A stretch of 64,000 nt of DNA from a virus. Of this stretch, positions 20,862 through 30,640 are shown piece after piece. Each line of letters opens with the position of its first letter. Within the stretch, counting starts at the first letter, position 1. The notes below the pieces were generated by a model, which ran no database searches, was not told where the DNA came from, and was given only the letters and a program-made list of their open reading frames with translations. A program made the translations under genes and the position numbers. The stretch covers positions 1 through 64,000 of the IMG/VR virus record IMGVR_UViG_3300032287_003622; one strand, written 5' to 3'.

Positions 20862-22432
20862 CCCAAGACAACCTGACTGCCAAACAGTCAGACTACGCCA
20901 TCTTTCTCCCAGCCATTTCGGGATTCTATGCCACATTCATAGGCAAGCAACGTGATCCGGTGAACGGTCCTTATGTGGATCCGGCCAGGATGCCTGTGGG
21001 TATCCAGGACATGGAGCAGATGAACTGGCTGAATCCGCAAAAAGCCTTGTTTCCATATCGGTGGAGCCTGTATTCGGGTGGTCATGCCAACTTGGATCTC
21101 AACAAACAGGACTGGAGTGAAGACATGGTTCGCAACCGTGATCCCAACACTCTCATGCTAGGCGACTCGGGCGGATTCCAAATTGCCAAGGGTCTGTGGG
21201 AAGGTGACTGGCGTGCCGGATCTGGTTGTGCCAAAGCACAGAAGAAAAGAGAAGCTGTGCTGAAATGGTTGGACACAATCAGTGACTATTGCATGACGCT
21301 CGACATTCCAACCTGGGTCATACACGACAAGAAAGCTGCTGCGGCTTGTAAAATCAGCACCTTGCAAGAAGCTGTGGATGCCACCAAGTTCAACAACGAA
21401 TACTTCATGCGGCATCGTCGAGGCAAGGCCAATGGCGGAACCCGGATCTTAAACGTGCTACAGGGTGCCAATCATGCCGACGCAGATCGCTGGTATGACA
21501 TCATGAAACACTACTGTGACCCTGTGAAATATCCTGACACCCATTTTGATGGCTGGGCCATGGGTGGTCAGAACATGTGCGATGTGCATCTGGTACTACG
21601 ACGTCTTGTGGCCTTGCGTCACGATGGCTTGTTACGAGAAGGCGTGCATGATTGGATGCACTTCCTGGGCACAAGTAAATTGGAGTGGGCAGTCCTGCTC
21701 ACCGACATCCAGCGTGCTGTGCGTCGGTATGTGAATCCGGCCTTTACTATCAGCTTTGACTGTGCGTCGCCGTTCTTGGCCACAGCCAATGGACAAGTAT
21801 ATCATCACATTGACTTGCCAGATCGTGAAAAGTGGTGCTATCGCATGAGCCCCATCGTGGATGACAAAAAGTATGCCACAGACACACGTCAATTTGGACC
21901 AGCTGTGTTGGCCGATGGCTTGATCAATCACTTTGATGAAAGCCCGATCAGTCGTCGACTACAGATGAAGGACATCTGTATCTACAAGCCCGGTGACCTG
22001 AACAAGATCGGCAAGGAAGGCAAGACGTCGTGGGATAGTTTCAGCTATGCTCTGCTTATGGGTCACAATGTTTGGATGCACATAGAAGCCGTGCAACGTG
22101 CCAACCGCGAGTATGATTCGGGCAAGTGGCCGGCCATGATGTGGAATCAAAATGGTGATCATGCCCGATTCCGTGACATCGTAGATGCCATATTCGTCAC
22201 TGACAATCGTGAAGAATCTGAAGCCATAATCGAACACTATGACCGTTACTGGATGGACATCGTAGGCACACGTGGATTCAAAGGCAAGAAAGCCAAAAAC
22301 GCACACAGCCAGTTCAACGCCTTGTTCGAAACTGTTGACGACGAAGCAGATGATAGTGTAAACTTAGATGTAGACTTTAGCCCGGACCAACAGGCCCGAT
22401 TAGATCAACTCGAACATGAACAAATCCGATGA
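20858..22432 (+). CDS. dpdA: TGT-family DNA-guanine transglycosylase (DpdA-like)
   Basis: GDSGGFQ, MTLDIP, NVLQG, GWAMGG, HFLG, SFDCAS; folE/queD/queE present in the window. Confidence 0.85.
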   Translation: MTQDNLTAKQSDYAIFLPAISGFYATFIGKQRDPVNGPYVDPARMPVGIQDMEQMNWLNPQKALFPYRWSLYSGGHANLDLNKQDWSEDMVRNRDPNTLMLGDSGGFQIAKGLWEGDWRAGSGCAKAQKKREAVLKWLDTISDYCMTLDIPTWVIHDKKAAAACKISTLQEAVDATKFNNEYFMRHRRGKANGGTRILNVLQGANHADADRWYDIMKHYCDPVKYPDTHFDGWAMGGQNMCDVHLVLRRLVALRHDGLLREGVHDWMHFLGTSKLEWAVLLTDIQRAVRRYVNPAFTISFDCASPFLATANGQVYHHIDLPDREKWCYRMSPIVDDKKYATDTRQFGPAVLADGLINHFDESPISRRLQMKDICIYKPGDLNKIGKEGKTSWDSFSYALLMGHNVWMHIEAVQRANREYDSGKWPAMMWNQNGDHARFRDIVDAIFVTDNREESEAIIEHYDRYWMDIVGTRGFKGKKAKNAHSQFNALFETVDDEADDSVNLDVDFSPDQQARLDQLEHEQIR

Positions 22433-22944
22433 ACCGAGAAGGACACGAAGACATAAGTTTCTTTGTAGGCACTGAAGTAGAACACACGCCGGCATTTGGT
22501 CTAAAGACCCTGTTTGTGATTGGAATACAACCAGTGGAAGACATACGGCACTGGTACAAACATCACGGTTGTGAACACATTTACTTTGGTGCCAATCAAA
22601 GTTTTCCTAACCTAGAAATCTATGATGCGGACGGATGGCGTCCATGGGAAAGGATGATCCAGGACTGTCTTGACACCAGATTACTATGCACACTTGATCT
22701 GGATGTGACTTGTGCCGAGGGACTGTTGGAAAGCAGTCTGGTTGAGTATAACAACTTTATACCCATGTTGTCGGTCAAACTACCTTACATCAGACAGTTA
22801 GGCTACAATGCCACACTCAAGATCGACGACCGAGATTTTGAAGCAACCAATGCCGGAGTTTGGTGTCACAGTCTACATGATTTACAAAAACGTCGGATGT
22901 TTACACCTTGGTCTAAATATACCCAAGATGAGGTCATAAAATGA
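22429..22944 (+). CDS. Hypothetical protein coupled to dpdA
   Basis: 171 aa; overlaps the dpdA stop; FFVGTEVEHT, HIYFGANQS, GVWCH. Confidence 0.75.
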   Translation: MNREGHEDISFFVGTEVEHTPAFGLKTLFVIGIQPVEDIRHWYKHHGCEHIYFGANQSFPNLEIYDADGWRPWERMIQDCLDTRLLCTLDLDVTCAEGLLESSLVEYNNFIPMLSVKLPYIRQLGYNATLKIDDRDFEATNAGVWCHSLHDLQKRRMFTPWSKYTQDEVIK

Positions 22945-23165
22945 ATGTCAAAGAGCAAGCAGAAAACGCAATTTATCGTGCCATGAACTTGCAGGAGTTC
23001 ACGGTGTTGCGAGATGAAAACGACATGATTCTCAACGGAACCATACGCTATGACATCTGGCATAAGCCAGGAACCGCATACCGCATCACAGTGCCGGCCA
23101 TGAGCCAGGCCGAAGCCGAAGCCCGTGTGGATGAATGGATCCGTGAAATGAGGAACGCAGGATGA
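22941..23165 (+). CDS. Hypothetical protein
   Basis: ATGA-coupled ORF. Confidence 0.65.
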   Translation: MNVKEQAENAIYRAMNLQEFTVLRDENDMILNGTIRYDIWHKPGTAYRITVPAMSQAEAEARVDEWIREMRNAG

Positions 23166-23500
23166 TACGCTGGTTATGGAGCCGCATGTTGAAGTGGGGG
23201 TGGGATTTCAGTCGCGAACTGGATCGGTTAAATGACGATGATCCTGTAGCACGCTTTCGAAGTAGAGTGGCAAAGATCAGAGGTGAAGTCGTAAGCATAG
23301 ATGATAGTGATTCGGGAGTGGAACTACACGATCCTATCACATTCCGTGTGCAGGCCGTGAGTGGTGGTACCTTGGTCGAAACACGTTGGTATGACTCTAA
23401 AACTGACAATCAAATTCGCAAACTGCACATCGTAACCGGCGAAGAAAACTTAGGTGAAGCTGTTGGTAAAATTGTAACCATGGAGTTGTTAAAACGATGA
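23162..23500 (+). CDS. Hypothetical protein
   Basis: ATGA-coupled ORF of 112 aa. Confidence 0.7.
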   Translation: MIRWLWSRMLKWGWDFSRELDRLNDDDPVARFRSRVAKIRGEVVSIDDSDSGVELHDPITFRVQAVSGGTLVETRWYDSKTDNQIRKLHIVTGEENLGEAVGKIVTMELLKR

Positions 23501-23545
23501 TATAATATGGGTCAGTTTCCATAAATAAACATAAGGAGAAAACTT

Positions 23546-24169
23546 ATGTATTACATATATGGATTATTTGACCCACTTAAAAACGAGCTGTTCTATATAG
23601 GAAAAGGTAAAACATCTAATAATAGACACAAAGATCATCTGACAGAAAGACGAGGGAAAGAAAATAAACTGCGTTGGCAAAGAATATGTCATTTAAGAAA
23701 GGCTGGAACTGAACCTGTTGTTCAAATATTACAGGACAATATAGAATGTGAAGAAACTGCTTACAATGAGGAAACAAAACTTATTAAACATTATGGCAAA
23801 ATCATTGACAACACCGGTATCCTTACAAACATATTAGATGATGCTAGACCACCTAGTTGGAAAGGTAGGATCAAAAGTGCCGAACATAGAAAAAACTTAT
23901 CGTTAGCACATATTGGAAAAAAACTTTCAGAAGAAACAAAACAAAAAATATTAGAAACCAAAAGAAAGAACGGAACATTTAAATCTGGTATGGAAGGTAA
24001 AAAACATAGTTCAGAAACCAAACAAAAAATCAGTGATAAAAAGAGAAATGTTTCAATGAGCATTGACAGCAGTATGAAAAAAAGTGTAAAATTAAAAGGA
24101 AAGCCTTGGTCAGAAGCAAGACGATTGGCATCTCTAACTCAACGCAAAACAGGACCCAAACCAAAATGA
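23546..24169 (+). mobile_element. Free-standing GIY-YIG homing endonuclease with NUMOD3 repeats
   Basis: YIY..LFYIGKG, RHKDH; repeats KKLSEETKQKI and KKHSSETKQKIS; AT-rich; own CATAAATA motif and SD. Confidence 0.85.
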
Positions 24170-24630
24170 TTCAAGAACAAAGAGAAACGATTGAAAGAAT
24201 CAAAGAACACGCAGAAAGAAAAATATATGTGCAGTTTCAAAAGGAAGGCATTCATTGCTATCCAGCGGCCGCCACAGACCCCAAGTTAAATACCGCAGGA
24301 GAGTATGATGTATCGTTTCTTGCTAATGCTCATAGGCACATTTTTCATTTCCGGGTGTGGATCGATGTATTCCACAATGACCGAGACATTGAATTCATCC
24401 AGTTCAAACGCTGGCTCGAAAACCTTTACAGTGGGACCGGTCCCTATAATGAAAATCGAGTTTTAGAATTAGATTTCAAATCGTGTGAGATGATCGCCGA
24501 TGACCTGTACACTCAGATAGCCGGTCGCTACCCTGAGCGTGCTGTATGGATTGAGGTAGCCGAAGATGGCGAGAACGGTTGCCTTATCAAGTATGAACTT
24601 TCTCGTCCTAACTTATCAATCAAAATTTAA
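24166..24630 (+). CDS. dpdL: QueD paralog with LxxxHRHxF motif (DpdL-like, putative CDG decarboxylase)
   Basis: FLANAHRHIFHFRV, DRDIEF, SCEMIA, VAEDGENG T-fold motifs. Confidence 0.72.
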   Translation: MIQEQRETIERIKEHAERKIYVQFQKEGIHCYPAAATDPKLNTAGEYDVSFLANAHRHIFHFRVWIDVFHNDRDIEFIQFKRWLENLYSGTGPYNENRVLELDFKSCEMIADDLYTQIAGRYPERAVWIEVAEDGENGCLIKYELSRPNLSIKI

Positions 24631-24641
24631 GAGGAAACACT

Positions 24642-24863
24642 ATGGGCAAGCGTGAATATCGTCCCAATCCCAGAGCCATCCAGGTCATGGAAGAACTAGA
24701 TCGCTTTTTGGATTTTTGTAAAGACTTTGGTTACAGATTCCGTGAAGAAGATCTTTACAACTTCAAAGCCTATGCCTGGCAACAATACAACAAGTTCAGC
24801 CAAGGAAAAAACGCCAAAAACATGTGGGTGGAAGATGCCCGCAGACTGGGACGCAACATATGA
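24642..24863 (+). CDS. Hypothetical protein
   Basis: 73 aa with SD GAGGA. Confidence 0.7.
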   Translation: MGKREYRPNPRAIQVMEELDRFLDFCKDFGYRFREEDLYNFKAYAWQQYNKFSQGKNAKNMWVEDARRLGRNI

Positions 24864-26065
24864 GAAAGCTGTTCTACATGGGTCTGGAGAGTTACGAAGC
24901 CCGCTATACCTTGCAACTCACAGAATGGAATCGGCGGGTATTTGATCGCCGCGGTCTTGACGTTGTTTATGTTCCTGGTAGCACCATTGACAACACACAG
25001 AGCATCAGTGTAGGACAGGTCTTGGACGCACACGGTCGCAGTTACTTTAGCATGAGCCAGATGATGAATCTGGTTCAAATGATGCGTAATGGAGAAGTAA
25101 TCAATGAAGATGTTATCTATTTTGAAGACATGTTTCAGCCCGGTATCGAGAGCTTACCTTATATTCTGGATCAAGTGCCTGAGTCTCAGCGTCCTAGGAT
25201 TTTTGTTCGTTGTCTTGCTCAAGCCATTGATCCGGATGATTTCGTCCATGTGTGGGGCATGGCAGAGTGGATGTCGACATATGAAAAAATGGTTAACCAA
25301 TTTGTAACAGGTATATTAGCCACCAACGAAGAAATGGTTGCCCACATGCGCATCGCAGGCTGGTCAGCACCAATCTACAATATCAGTGGCTTGGCCTTTG
25401 GCAAACAGGAAGTGCTGGAACGCATCGGTGGGGCCGATAATATCCGATCATTCGCGGACAGGAAGATGCGTGTGGGCTTTGCCGCAAGATTTGATCAAGA
25501 AAAACAACCAGACTTTTATATGGATTTGATTGAAATGTATCATGCCCAAGGTAGGCACAAAGACATCGAATTCGCAGTGTTCCAAGGTGGTCCATTGCGA
25601 TCGAACAATGTGCGTTATATCTTGCGAGCCAGAGAACTAGAGAATCAAGGCAAATTAAAAATATACGAAAACTTGAAGAAAAATGATTATTACGCTCTGC
25701 TCAATGACACTCGTGTGCTGTTTAATTGTGCTCTACAGGATTGGGTATCCAACACGGTCTCAGAAGCAGACACTCTGGGAGCCAATGTGCTGTATCCTGC
25801 TTATCGCAGTTTCCCTGAAACTTTTGCTGATGATCCTAACAGGTTATACGTTCCTTGGTCAATAGACGACGCTTTCCACAAGTTGGAAAACCTGTTACAG
25901 GCTCCACATCACAACCAGGGCTTGATCTCAGATTGGACCGATGGCACTGTGGATCGTATTGTAGACATACTTGAAGGCAAAGGTGAGCAGTGGAATCGCG
26001 CAGGTAATCGCTATCGTGATCATGTGAGCAAGGCCAAGTATCATGTAAGAAAGATTGAGTCGTGA
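24860..26065 (+). CDS. GT-B (GT4-like) glycosyltransferase
   Basis: FAARFDQEKQPDF, ALQDWVSNTVSEA, YPAYRSFPE. Confidence 0.8.
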   Translation: MRKLFYMGLESYEARYTLQLTEWNRRVFDRRGLDVVYVPGSTIDNTQSISVGQVLDAHGRSYFSMSQMMNLVQMMRNGEVINEDVIYFEDMFQPGIESLPYILDQVPESQRPRIFVRCLAQAIDPDDFVHVWGMAEWMSTYEKMVNQFVTGILATNEEMVAHMRIAGWSAPIYNISGLAFGKQEVLERIGGADNIRSFADRKMRVGFAARFDQEKQPDFYMDLIEMYHAQGRHKDIEFAVFQGGPLRSNNVRYILRARELENQGKLKIYENLKKNDYYALLNDTRVLFNCALQDWVSNTVSEADTLGANVLYPAYRSFPETFADDPNRLYVPWSIDDAFHKLENLLQAPHHNQGLISDWTDGTVDRIVDILEGKGEQWNRAGNRYRDHVSKAKYHVRKIES

Positions 26066-27009
26066 GAGTCATAGTCACCGGCGGTGCCGGCTACATAGGC
26101 GGTCAAACAGTTTTACAACTACTGGATGCTGGGCACAGCGTATTGGCCATTGATCGCAGTTTAGAACGTAATCCCCTGATTGATTACGGAGCCAAGTGGT
26201 TGACAGCAGACTTTGCCGGAGAAGTGGCCTTGCAGGCTATAGAAACATTCCAACCTGATGCAATCATACACTGTGCTGGTACCAGTCTTGTGGGTCCCAG
26301 TATCGCCAACCCTGAAGAATACTACAATAACAACTTTGTAAAAACCAAACGCTTGTGTGACTTTTTGGTAAAGGAAAAAATCAAGACCAGATTGATTTTT
26401 TCAAGTTCGGCTGCCACATACGGTAATCCTGTAATGACCCCGGTTCAGGAAATTGATCCTGCCGAACCGATCAGTCCATATGGTCAAAGCAAGCTCATGA
26501 TAGACTGGATGTTGCAGAGTTATCATCGTGCCTATAACTTGGATTATGTCAGCTTTCGTTATTTTAACGCCTGCGGAGCAGACAGCCAGGCACGTCATGG
26601 CCAGGCCTCAGGTGCCACTCATATTATTTCTCGTGTGTTAGAATCAGTTAAAAACAAACAAGATTTTATACTATATGGCACTGATTATACCACCGAGGAT
26701 GGCACCTGCGTTCGAGACTATATACATGTAGAAGACTTGGCCCAAGCACACATTCTGGCCTTAAATCAAAATATTCCAAGCGACATTTATAATCTTGGCA
26801 CCAATACCGGTAATAGTAATCTTGCTGTGGTGCAGTTAGTTGCACTAATAACCAACACTAACATTTCTGTTCTACATGGCCCTAAACGCGAAGGAGACCC
26901 TGCTACCCTTACCGCTGACGCTGGCAAGTTCATGAGTGTAAGTAACTGGAAACCGCAGTTTACTCTTGAAGATATTATACGTCACGCCTGGGCTTGGTAT
27001 AATCGATGA
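26062..27009 (+). CDS. galE: UDP-glucose 4-epimerase
   Basis: VTGGAGYIG, FSSSAATYG, PYGQSK, RYFNACGA, DGTCVRDYIHV. Confidence 0.93.
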   Translation: MRVIVTGGAGYIGGQTVLQLLDAGHSVLAIDRSLERNPLIDYGAKWLTADFAGEVALQAIETFQPDAIIHCAGTSLVGPSIANPEEYYNNNFVKTKRLCDFLVKEKIKTRLIFSSSAATYGNPVMTPVQEIDPAEPISPYGQSKLMIDWMLQSYHRAYNLDYVSFRYFNACGADSQARHGQASGATHIISRVLESVKNKQDFILYGTDYTTEDGTCVRDYIHVEDLAQAHILALNQNIPSDIYNLGTNTGNSNLAVVQLVALITNTNISVLHGPKREGDPATLTADAGKFMSVSNWKPQFTLEDIIRHAWAWYNR

Positions 27010-28133
27010 CATGGTCGGTATACCAACACTGGGATCCTCTCAAAGTTTGTATAGTAGGGCGCGGTTATCCTCCTGAATTTTATTCTTGGATCGAAAAGTC
27101 TGACATCCGAAATCTGTTTGAACGGATGGCTTTGGAAATGGAGGAAGACTTTGCCAAACTCATAGCCCTGCTTGAGTCATTTGGGATAGAAATACTAAGA
27201 CCAGATCTGCCAGATCCTAGTTTTGTGGACGGCAGATACCCGATGCCTCCTGTGTCCCCAAGAGATTACATGGTCATGATTGGTCAAATATTTTATCATG
27301 GTCTGCAATCAAGATTTGACTTTCTTGAGTTCTACAACAATGTTAAAGACCATTCTTGGCCCAAATGCGGTGATCTACAACAGTTCAAACAATTGCCTGA
27401 AATCATAAAAGATGAGTGCATACATCACCATAGGATGTATGACCACATGAATCTCAATCACTGTTATTCAAAAATTTTTGATCTGATAAATCTTCAAGGA
27501 AACATTCTCAAATACAATGACCAATTAAGAGTGATCAATGGAGCCATGGTTACCAGATTAGGACAGGACTTGTTTTTTGGAACTCCATCTCTTGACAGCG
27601 ATCAATCGCAACAAAAAAATTTTTTAGATGCTGAATTTCCAAACAACAAAAATCACATTGTCAACACCGGTGGACACATAGATGGAACTCTTTGCCCGGT
27701 ATGCCCTGGATTGATATTTGCTATCGAAGATGTCAAAGATGTTGAAAAACATTTCCCGGGTTGGGAAATTGTTAGATTACCAGGAAAAAGCTGGGCCAAT
27801 ATCGAACCTTTGCTAAACCTCAAACAAAAAAACAAAGGTCGATGGTGGATCCCTGGATTTGAAACATCCAATGACATGATTGATACCGTCGAAACTTGGC
27901 TAAGTCATTGGACCGGACATGTAGAAGAAACTATTTTTGACGTAAATATGTTGATCATTGATACAAAAAATGTTATAGTAAGCAATTATAACAAACAAGT
28001 ATTTGATGCTTTATATCGTCATGGCGTAACTCCGCACATTGTTCCTTTTAGATCTAAATATTTTTGGGATAGCGGAATACACTGTGTAACTACGGATTTA
28101 CATAGAGACGGAAAGGATCATCTCAGCACATGA
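27006..28133 (+). CDS. Amidinotransferase (glycine / inosamine-phosphate type)
   Basis: WDPLKVCIVG, PRD, GHIDG, FDVN, catalytic WDSGIHC. Confidence 0.82.
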   Translation: MTWSVYQHWDPLKVCIVGRGYPPEFYSWIEKSDIRNLFERMALEMEEDFAKLIALLESFGIEILRPDLPDPSFVDGRYPMPPVSPRDYMVMIGQIFYHGLQSRFDFLEFYNNVKDHSWPKCGDLQQFKQLPEIIKDECIHHHRMYDHMNLNHCYSKIFDLINLQGNILKYNDQLRVINGAMVTRLGQDLFFGTPSLDSDQSQQKNFLDAEFPNNKNHIVNTGGHIDGTLCPVCPGLIFAIEDVKDVEKHFPGWEIVRLPGKSWANIEPLLNLKQKNKGRWWIPGFETSNDMIDTVETWLSHWTGHVEETIFDVNMLIIDTKNVIVSNYNKQVFDALYRHGVTPHIVPFRSKYFWDSGIHCVTTDLHRDGKDHLST

Positions 28134-28717
28134 GTTTCAAAGCACTTTTTGATTTCGAGGCCGCCCTGGCTGACTACACTGGAGCACCTTATGTGGTGGT
28201 CACTGACGGTTGCACTCATGCTCTTGAACTGTGTTTCAGATATGAGCGTGTGCGTGAATGTAGATTCACGGCCTATACCTATCTCAGTGTGCCCATGATG
28301 TTGAAACATCTGGATGTGGATTACGAGTTGATCGACCAAACCTGGCACGGTGAATACAAGTTTCTTAATACTCGTATATGGGACAGTGCCAGAAGACTAG
28401 AACCCGGCATGTACAGATCTGGGGCCATGCAGTGCCTGAGCTTTGGATGGAGCAAGCCATTACAGTTGGGCCGAGCAGGTGCTATATTACTAGATGATCC
28501 AGAAGCTTATCGATTGCTCAGTCGCCAACGCAGCGATGGAAGAGATTTGAACATTCCTTGGGAAAACGAAACTGATCTGATCCTGGGCTGGCATTACTGT
28601 CCGACCTTGGAAAATTGTGAGCGTGGACTGGAGTTGTTGCCGTCGCTGATACCAAAATCACAACCAGGACGATATCCTGACTTGAGGAAAATTCCATTTA
28701 ATCTTGCAAAAATCTAA
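28130..28717 (+). CDS. Short DegT-like aminotransferase
   Basis: FEAALADYTGAPYVVVTDGCTHA, WDSA, CLSFGWSKPLQLGRAGAIL. Confidence 0.8.
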   Translation: MSFKALFDFEAALADYTGAPYVVVTDGCTHALELCFRYERVRECRFTAYTYLSVPMMLKHLDVDYELIDQTWHGEYKFLNTRIWDSARRLEPGMYRSGAMQCLSFGWSKPLQLGRAGAILLDDPEAYRLLSRQRSDGRDLNIPWENETDLILGWHYCPTLENCERGLELLPSLIPKSQPGRYPDLRKIPFNLAKI

Positions 28718-28742
28718 ATAAGCTGTATAATAAGAGGAAGCA

Positions 28743-29576
28743 ATGACAACATTTACCACAGAAGATCTTAAAAACGCAATGAAAAATATAATCCCAGCCA
28801 CCGAAGTAGCCGATCATGCACAACTGGTACGAGAAGCGCCATATCATCCCGGCTATGAGGATGCTGTAGTAGATCCGGAGTGGGGTCGACCGCTAAGTTC
28901 AGTCATCCGTGACAGCATGCGGGCGTCGGGCAAACGCTTCTGGGCCGGTGACAACATCAGCGAGTTCATCGAAGGCGAACAAGAGCAACAACAGTTGATA
29001 GATGAAGCCACCCAAGCATTTGAACAGGTGCTGGATGCCTTGTTGATTGACAGAGAAACAGATCCCAACAGCCAGGGCACAGCACGACGCCTGGCAAAAA
29101 TGTATTTCAATGAAATCATGGCCGGACGCTATGAACCACGTCCAGATGCCACGGCTTTCCCTAACGATAGTGAGGATAGATATGAAGGCATGTTGGTCGT
29201 CAGAAGCGAGCTTCGTAGTATGTGTAGTCACCATCATCAGCCTGTGTCTGGTGTCGCTTACATTGGTATCATTGCTGCCCAAAAACTTATTGGTCTATCT
29301 AAGTATACTAGGATTGCTCAGTGGTGTGCTAGACGTGGAACTCTACAAGAAGAACTGGCCAACGACATCGCGCGAGAAATAGCCCGAGCCACAGGCAGTG
29401 AAAACATCGGTGTGTATATCCAAGCCACTCACGGTTGTTGCGAGAATCGCGGCATCATGGCGCACTCGAGCTTGACTCAGACCACAGTGCTCAAAGGTGC
29501 ATTTAAGACCGACTCTGGCACCAAGAAAGAGTTCATGGACAATATCAAACTGCAACAGGAATTCGCACCGAGGTAA
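28743..29576 (+). CDS. folE: GTP cyclohydrolase I
   Basis: SMCSHHHQP, IGLSKYTR, LQEEL, ATHGCCENRG. Confidence 0.95.
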   Translation: MTTFTTEDLKNAMKNIIPATEVADHAQLVREAPYHPGYEDAVVDPEWGRPLSSVIRDSMRASGKRFWAGDNISEFIEGEQEQQQLIDEATQAFEQVLDALLIDRETDPNSQGTARRLAKMYFNEIMAGRYEPRPDATAFPNDSEDRYEGMLVVRSELRSMCSHHHQPVSGVAYIGIIAAQKLIGLSKYTRIAQWCARRGTLQEELANDIAREIARATGSENIGVYIQATHGCCENRGIMAHSSLTQTTVLKGAFKTDSGTKKEFMDNIKLQQEFAPR

Positions 29577-29578
29577 TC

Positions 29579-29797
29579 ATGGAAGTCTTATTAACCGCCG
29601 TATTAGTAGTTCTCACAGGATACACATTCGTCCATCCCAGCGTGGACAATGGTGCTTTCACTCCCATAGTGCTCAACGGACAGATGTATAGGATGAACAG
29701 CCGAGATGGTTCATGGGAGATTTGTGAACCTCCTGCCATGAAGTGTGTGCCCACCGAACTACAAGTCAAACAAGAATTCAAATCCGACGCCAAATGA
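29579..29797 (+). CDS. Small membrane-anchored hypothetical protein
   Basis: N-terminal hydrophobic helix. Confidence 0.6.
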   Translation: MEVLLTAVLVVLTGYTFVHPSVDNGAFTPIVLNGQMYRMNSRDGSWEICEPPAMKCVPTELQVKQEFKSDAK

Positions 29798-30150
29798 TCC
29801 AGGATCTACATCGAGCGCATGATTGGTATCGACAGTTGCCCAAATGGCAACAGTGGCTGACCTTGGCTACCCTGGCGGTGTGGATCGTGGCCATGGCATT
29901 GTGGGTAACACACGAGCCCAGAGAGCGCACAAATCGACCACCTTATATCTTGAAAAACTGCGACACCTGTGGAGTGGATCCGGCTAGACAGATCAGTGCT
30001 CAAGAATACAACGCCACAAAGAAACAGGCCTGGCGTAGCAGTTATGAACAAGAACGACAACGACTGCGGCAAGAGGAATGGGACCGTAGAGGTCGTGAAC
30101 GCTGGTGTCGCAATCATCCTCGAGACCCCAACTGCAAAAACGTCAAATGA
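29794..30150 (+). CDS. Membrane-anchored hypothetical protein
   Basis: One TM helix, a CxxC motif and a charged tail. Confidence 0.6.
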   Translation: MIQDLHRAHDWYRQLPKWQQWLTLATLAVWIVAMALWVTHEPRERTNRPPYILKNCDTCGVDPARQISAQEYNATKKQAWRSSYEQERQRLRQEEWDRRGRERWCRNHPRDPNCKNVK

Positions 30151-30572
30151 TCCAACCTTTACGTGATGATCTTATGGTGCAACAGCAGTTGCCTGCAGGA
30201 TTAGAAGGCCTGGTAGCTGCCTGGCAACACATGGTGGCAGTGATCATGCTGAATCAGACTGGTCGCAGGCCTGTGAAAACTGTATTTCCCATCTTCATGC
30301 ACTATTGGCCTACGCCAAGCAAGTTTGTGCAAGCGTCCGAACAACAAGTAAAGGATGTGATCTGGAGCCTGGGCATGGTCAATGTGCGAACCAAAAGATT
30401 GCAGAAGATGACTTGGGATTTTGCCATTTGGGATCTCGATGATGCCACCCAGTTATACGGCATTGGCAAATACGGTTCGGATTCGTATGAGATCTTCTTC
30501 AAGCAGAATTACACCGTAGAACCCACAGACAAAGAGCTGATACGCTATTTAGAACATGAAGTTGGTGTGTAA
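30147..30572 (+). CDS. HhH-GPD DNA glycosylase, MBD4-like
   Basis: AVIMLNQT, WPTP, LYGIGKYGSDSYEIF. Confidence 0.8.
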   Translation: MIQPLRDDLMVQQQLPAGLEGLVAAWQHMVAVIMLNQTGRRPVKTVFPIFMHYWPTPSKFVQASEQQVKDVIWSLGMVNVRTKRLQKMTWDFAIWDLDDATQLYGIGKYGSDSYEIFFKQNYTVEPTDKELIRYLEHEVGV

Positions 30573-30581
30573 TAACCAAAG

Positions 30582-30610
30582 TTGACACAAAATACCTGCG
30601 GTGCTATAAT
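30582..30610 (+). promoter_or_regulatory. Sigma70 consensus promoter
   Basis: TTGACA-17-TATAAT with extended TG. Confidence 0.85.
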
Positions 30611-30640
30611 AGCAGTATTGTAACTTTTTCTAGGTCTGGC

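Noticed and set aside
23500-24169. Group I intron around the GIY-YIG gene
   Set aside because: Flanking genes are intact, there is no room for an intron core, and the gene has its own promoter and SD.
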